Source: Oscillospiraceae bacterium (GTDB taxonomy: Bacteria; Bacillota; Clostridia; Oscillospirales; Ruminococcaceae). From it: a stretch of 32,000 nt of DNA. The position numbers were made by a program, and so were the translations under genes. The notes beneath the pieces are model-generated. The model was given only the letters and a program-made list of their open reading frames with translations. It was not told where the DNA came from and did not search any database. Below, one piece after another: positions 27,159 to 32,000 of this stretch. Where the stretch lies: the NCBI GenBank assembly GCA_020024475.1, contig JAHHTS010000022.1:1-32000 (forward strand). The letters run 5' to 3'. Position 1 is the stretch's first letter. Every line of letters starts with the position of its first letter.

Positions 27159-29519
27159 TTATACAACAGAATACTCATCTGTCAGTAATGTGTATGTAAC
27201 ATAAATTATAGATACAGAAAGTATTAAATATAACCAACTAAATATGCTTAATCCACCATTCATAAAAAAGTGTGCAAAATGGAATGTTGGATATAAAGTT
27301 ATCCATTTAGTCCATTCTACTCCTAGATAATACAAAATAGCCGGAAAACCTAGTAACAATACTGAAAACATAACAGCTGATATATAACTATCAAGTTTTT
27401 GTGAAATAAATAATACTACCATTGTCATAGTAAAGGTAACTAATAATCTTACTCCTATCATAAAAATTATTAAAGCTACCACCGGAATATGTTCGCTAAT
27501 ATTATGTAGCATATCTATACTTTTAGCTGGTACAAAAAGACCTTTAAAACCATAGTCTTTTCCAACTTGCCAAAATCTTGGTGCAATTGAAACTGCTGTT
27601 ATAATACCTGAAACTATAAACGAAACTTTTATTTTAGTTTTAGCTGTGTATTCCATACCAAGTGGTGTTGCTTTTATTACTTTTAGCATTCCACTTGATT
27701 TTTCAATGCAAAATAGTCCTGCAAAGGATAAGCTTGTAACTAAAATTGTAAATAGATAATCTTTTAAATCCAATAAGTCATTAAAATCAAACAACTTAAT
27801 ATATCCTGTATCATAAATAAGTTGAATTCCTTTATTCTCGTTCACAAACTTGACTTTATCTAAAACTTGCCTATATACCTCATATTCCATATTTAATGCA
27901 TAGTTTGAAGATGTTATCATTGAATATTCTTCTTGACTTATCTGTTTATTCTTTAGCATTTTTTTAGCCTTATACAAAGGTTCAAATTTTTCATTTTCTT
28001 CTTTTAAAAATTCATAAGACTTTGTATCATACGGACCGGTTATTTCTTTCATATAATAAGAATAAAACATTTCTTCTGCTGTAATATAATTTTCTGCTTT
28101 ATATGCGTTGTATCCCTGAAAAATACAGAACAAAGCCAATATAAATGCCGCACCATTTACAACCGTAAGCTTGTACCATTCTTGTTTAAATACTGTTGTT
28201 GCTTTATATTTTCTTTTAATATTAAAGCTTATTTTTTTATTATCTGACTTACTTAGCTGTGCTTTTTCAAACGTTATCAAGAATATTGCTATAAAAATAA
28301 CTGTAAATATAATTGCAGCTATAATTTCAACCCAAAATAAACGTACTGGTTTTCCAAACCAATAAATATTTCTATAACTGCCCAGTATTTCATTTGTTGT
28401 TAAAAAACTTACAAGATTAGAATATTTAATAACATTTAGATGGCTTGTTGCAGGTATCATATTTCGTATAATTAACTGTAATACCGGCATTGATAGTGAT
28501 AAAACATACCCTGTAAAAACTCTTTTAGTTAAAACCATACTAAATAAAATCCATACACCACAAATAAATGCTGCTATCCATTTTGTGAAAATAAATATCA
28601 ACAAATATTGCGCAACATTTATTCTCATTGTACTTCTCATAAGATATGGTATTGACTGTATACTTCTTGTTAAACTTCCAAGCCCGTATGTATAATTACA
28701 AAAAAATAGATTTACTACATATATCGCTGTTACCGCTATAAGTAGACTTACACCCATTGCTAAAATTTTTACAACAGCTGTTTTTGTTCTCCCAGCAGAA
28801 TTTGTACGAATAAGTGTTAATAATCCATTGTCTTTTTCTTCTCTAACTATAAATGATGCAAGTAATATCATTATAAATATAAGGACTACATCACTATATT
28901 TATAACTTATAGCTTTAACCAAACCCTCTTGTGGAAAATACTCTGTTTTTATGCCGGATATATCTTCATAAGCTTTTGCAGTTGCTTTAATATTTAAACT
29001 ATCATAACTTCCCTCTTTATTGAAAATTGATATTTGTGATAGTTGAACTGCTTTTTTCTGTATTTCCTCCAAAAAGTTTTCATAACCCGATGACTCTTTG
29101 ATTTCGTTATTTATCTTTTGCAAAAAATAGTATTCTGTATATAGATTGTCAGTATATTTTATATATGTTTTTTTCTTATATATTTCTCCATATTTAAGAA
29201 AAATCTCCCGATATTCACCGTCCATCATTTTCTGTGCAGATTTTGGATTATAACTGTATTCTTTCATAATATTATCAATCTTTGTAATACCAGAAATCAT
29301 ATCAAACTGACTTTGTATATATTTTACTTTTTGTTCTTCCGTCATGCCTTTAAGGTCGATAGTCAATTGCTTATATGCTTTTGGAGAAGCAACATAACTT
29401 GATGCTGTTTGGGAACTCATCCATATTAAAAACAGATTGACACATACAAGTAAAGCAAAATAGAGCAAAAACGTCTTCTTGCTCCATAGCTTTTTAATTT
29501 CATAGAGGAAAAGTCTCAA
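27159..29519 (-). CDS. ABC-2-type transporter permease (large, multi-TM)
   Basis: 786 aa with many hydrophobic helices in two clusters. Its start overlaps the stop of the upstream ATPase gene by 4 nt (ATGA). Confidence 0.8.
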   Translation of the reverse strand: MRLFLYEIKKLWSKKTFLLYFALLVCVNLFLIWMSSQTASSYVASPKAYKQLTIDLKGMTEEQKVKYIQSQFDMISGITKIDNIMKEYSYNPKSAQKMMDGEYREIFLKYGEIYKKKTYIKYTDNLYTEYYFLQKINNEIKESSGYENFLEEIQKKAVQLSQISIFNKEGSYDSLNIKATAKAYEDISGIKTEYFPQEGLVKAISYKYSDVVLIFIMILLASFIVREEKDNGLLTLIRTNSAGRTKTAVVKILAMGVSLLIAVTAIYVVNLFFCNYTYGLGSLTRSIQSIPYLMRSTMRINVAQYLLIFIFTKWIAAFICGVWILFSMVLTKRVFTGYVLSLSMPVLQLIIRNMIPATSHLNVIKYSNLVSFLTTNEILGSYRNIYWFGKPVRLFWVEIIAAIIFTVIFIAIFLITFEKAQLSKSDNKKISFNIKRKYKATTVFKQEWYKLTVVNGAAFILALFCIFQGYNAYKAENYITAEEMFYSYYMKEITGPYDTKSYEFLKEENEKFEPLYKAKKMLKNKQISQEEYSMITSSNYALNMEYEVYRQVLDKVKFVNENKGIQLIYDTGYIKLFDFNDLLDLKDYLFTILVTSLSFAGLFCIEKSSGMLKVIKATPLGMEYTAKTKIKVSFIVSGIITAVSIAPRFWQVGKDYGFKGLFVPAKSIDMLHNISEHIPVVALIIFMIGVRLLVTFTMTMVVLFISQKLDSYISAVMFSVLLLGFPAILYYLGVEWTKWITLYPTFHFAHFFMNGGLSIFSWLYLILSVSIIYVTYTLLTDEYSVV

Positions 29520-30283
29520 TGAACTCCCTCCTCGCCGAATATATTAAGATACACCTGTTCCAGATTTTCGCCTGGTGCATATTTTTCTATAAGTACATCT
29601 ACTGGCGCTTTATCAACTAAATGACCGTCTTTAAGTAACAAAATCTCATCTGCAACTGTTTCAACATCGCTTACAACATGTGTTGCTGTAAGAACTATTG
29701 CATCTTTGGACAATTCTTTCATAAATTGTCTTAATCTTACTCTTTCTTTTGGGTCAAGACCAGCTGTTGGCTCGTCAAAAATCAAAAGTTTTGGGCTACC
29801 TAAAACTGCTGATGCTGCAAGCAATCTTTGTTTCATACCTCCTGAGTATGCGCCAAGTTTTTTATCAAGTTGTTCTGTTAAATTTACTCTTTTTGCAACA
29901 TTTTCAACTTCTGTAACTGCATTTTCTGATTTTATTTCTTTAAGAGCACACATATACAGCAAAAATTGGCGACCGGTGAAAGTATCATATAGGTTTTGTT
30001 GTTGTGGCATATATCCCAAAATTCTTCTATATTTTTTACCAAGTTTTCTTATAGATACATCGTCCCATTTTACACTGCCACTATTTTGTTTTAATGTACC
30101 GGTGATAATATTTATAAGTGTGGATTTGCCTGCACCGTTAGGCCCTAAAAGGCCATAAAGCCCTGGAGCAAGGTCAAAACTGACCTCGTCCAAAGCTTTT
30201 TTATATTGTTGTTTTTCTTTGCTCAAAAATTTCTTTGGCAAAGGATATTTTTTTGATAGTTCGTTTATTGTTAATCTTTCCAT
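29516..30283 (-). CDS. ABC transporter ATP-binding protein
   Basis: Walker A GPNGAGKST, signature YSGGMKQR, Walker B LLIFDEPTAGLD, H-loop TATHV. Confidence 0.92.
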   Translation of the reverse strand: MERLTINELSKKYPLPKKFLSKEKQQYKKALDEVSFDLAPGLYGLLGPNGAGKSTLINIITGTLKQNSGSVKWDDVSIRKLGKKYRRILGYMPQQQNLYDTFTGRQFLLYMCALKEIKSENAVTEVENVAKRVNLTEQLDKKLGAYSGGMKQRLLAASAVLGSPKLLIFDEPTAGLDPKERVRLRQFMKELSKDAIVLTATHVVSDVETVADEILLLKDGHLVDKAPVDVLIEKYAPGENLEQVYLNIFGEEGVH

Positions 30284-30809
30284 TTTATTTTTACTTATAT
30301 AGATTTAATAAATTCCTTGCAATTCTTGATATAAATTTTTTGCATATGTATCTGTCATTCCACTTATATAGTCTGTTATTAGTAAAAATCTAAGATACAG
30401 GTTATAGTTTTCATCTTTAGTTTTATATTTTATATATCTTGATTAATAATTTTCAAATAATACTCACGGAAATGTTTGTAATTAAAATTGTTCTTTATTA
30501 TCATTAATTACTTTTTAATATTATTCAATATATATTTACAATCAATTCAAATTAATGTAAAAATTATTATATTTGTGACTTGTTGGATATTTTACTTTCC
30601 CATTTTATTTTTAATATTACACTCAAAAAATTATACAAATATTAACATCTATACTAAATAATGCTGTTATTATGTGTAAATAATACTATTTGACAACATT
30701 TCAACTAAGTATTATATGTTTGTAATCAGTTTTTGTAAGTAAAACTCTTTTCGATTATTGCAATCTATACTCTAACTTTATATATAGTGTATCTTTTAAA
30801 ACAAAACAA

Positions 30810-31124
30810 TTATTTATTTTTCTTTTTAGATAATATTCTTATGCATAATATAAAGAAAACAATTATTATCAATATTGCTGATATTTTCAAGTACAGTGAA
30901 TTTAAAAAATTTATATTTGAAAACATCATAAATAACATCATTGGACACCAAAGTAACACAATATATGCTAATATACATATATATTCAAATAAGTTCATAT
31001 TCCCCATTGTCTGTTCTATTAATAAGTTTTGATAACCACCACAAACGGATACAATACAAGAAATTAATATACCAAATAATACATACAATAATATGATTTT
31101 TAATAATTTTTTTAAAAAGTTCAT
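30810..31124 (-). CDS. Small hypothetical membrane protein (about 3 TM)
   Basis: 104 aa, strongly hydrophobic, 15 nt downstream of the preceding minus-strand ORF. Confidence 0.55.
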   Translation of the reverse strand: MNFLKKLLKIILLYVLFGILISCIVSVCGGYQNLLIEQTMGNMNLFEYICILAYIVLLWCPMMLFMMFSNINFLNSLYLKISAILIIIVFFILCIRILSKKKNK

Positions 31125-31139
31125 TTACACAATATTCCT

Positions 31140-32000
31140 TTATTTTAAAGCTACTATTCCTGGTACTAATTCTAATTCATTTAAGTCATATTCTGTTATA
31201 TTTTCATTTGTCAAGTTGTAAACAATTAATGTTTTCGGAGTTTGAAAATAATAATTATTTTCTCCTTTAGAAAAATATATAGAATAATCACCATATGTAC
31301 CGTAATCAAACTCTAAAGATGTGATAGTTTTTGTTTTTAAATTATATATAGAGTAACAATTCATTCCCAAACTATATCTATCATGCATAAAAATAATATT
31401 ATTATTTTTTTCATCATATCTTATATGTTTTGGATATTTATATTCCAGTGAGATATAGTTTGATTTTAATGTCATTTCACTTAAGTCATATATATCTATC
31501 TTATTAGAACCTATTGCATATTTATTTTCATCTAATCCCTCTGTAGTTTTAGCTAAATAAATTAAATCATCTATTTTACATGCGTGTTGATAACTACCAT
31601 CATATAACTTTAAATCAGTACTCTTTTTCAAATTAAATTTTAAATCAAATTCAAACAGATAGTTTGTTATATCTCCATAAGATGAATTTTTATCTATTAT
31701 TCCGCAAAATAAGTATATATTTTCTTCACTTACTACGATTCCTGATGGAAAAATAATTGCGGCATCATATTCAAATTTTTCAGTATAATTTAAGCTCAAA
31801 TTGCTATCATAAACTTCTAAAACTAAATATGGATTTTCATCCACATAACTACTGATAGCATATATATCACCTTCATATTGACATGCTGTATAAAAATCTT
31901 TTTGAAGTTTTATCGTATTTTTTTCGTTTCCGTCTTTAGAAATTGTTTGTAAATATGTATCTCTTTTTAAATCAGTTTGAGTTTTTAAATAAGTCAAATT
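31140..32000 (-). CDS. Hypothetical repeat protein (beta-propeller-like strand repeats), 5' end outside the window
   Basis: The frame is open to the window edge. Recurrent motifs such as LEVYDSNL, IDIYDLSEMTL, YSIYNLKTKTIT and LIVYNLTNENIT. The track start at 31997 is only a TTG. Confidence 0.6.
   Translation of the reverse strand, partial: NLTYLKTQTDLKRDTYLQTISKDGNEKNTIKLQKDFYTACQYEGDIYAISSYVDENPYLVLEVYDSNLSLNYTEKFEYDAAIIFPSGIVVSEENIYLFCGIIDKNSSYGDITNYLFEFDLKFNLKKSTDLKLYDGSYQHACKIDDLIYLAKTTEGLDENKYAIGSNKIDIYDLSEMTLKSNYISLEYKYPKHIRYDEKNNNIIFMHDRYSLGMNCYSIYNLKTKTITSLEFDYGTYGDYSIYFSKGENNYYFQTPKTLIVYNLTNENITEYDLNELELVPGIVALK

Noticed and set aside
1-32000. CRISPR arrays, tRNA/rRNA genes, integrase or recombinase genes
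   Set aside because: No regularly spaced short repeats, no cloverleaf-like GC-rich segments and no tyrosine/serine recombinase motifs were seen. The only mobile-element trace is the dead IS3 fragment.

Overview
AT-rich (about 30% GC by hand counts) Bacillota-like DNA dominated by a defence island. The core is a complete type 1 BREX system on the minus strand, in transcription order: XRE-HTH, brxA, brxB, brxC, pglX, a YjcQ-like wHTH insert, pglZ, brxL. Three further co-directional genes follow: a GmrSD-type DUF262/DUF1524 enzyme, a WYL (BrxR/CapW-like) regulator, and a 403-aa protein in which I recognise no domain. All 11 genes are separated by short gaps, and one strong terminator (935..978) closes the array. 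The array plus about 2.1 kb of decayed DNA is bracketed by two identical 610-bp direct repeats (290..899 and 20713..21322), each the same truncated dead fragment of an IS3-family transposase. Just outside the right repeat lies a GC-richer plus-strand cassette: a MazG-like NTP pyrophosphatase, a DUF559-type PD-(D/E)xK nuclease domain and an SF2 helicase. The nuclease and helicase share one reading frame broken only by a single TAG. The brxC-pglX region is a compositional mosaic, with about 45% GC blocks flanking a 25-35% GC pglX core. The right third looks like ordinary cargo: a BNR lipoprotein, a small zinc-ribbon membrane protein, an ABC-2 transporter pair, a small membrane protein and a partial repeat protein. 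No rRNA, tRNA or CRISPR array was seen. The best candidates for something undescribed are the WYL regulator plus 403-aa unknown pair and the MazG/nuclease/helicase cassette. All family assignments rest on motif recognition by eye, not on database searches.
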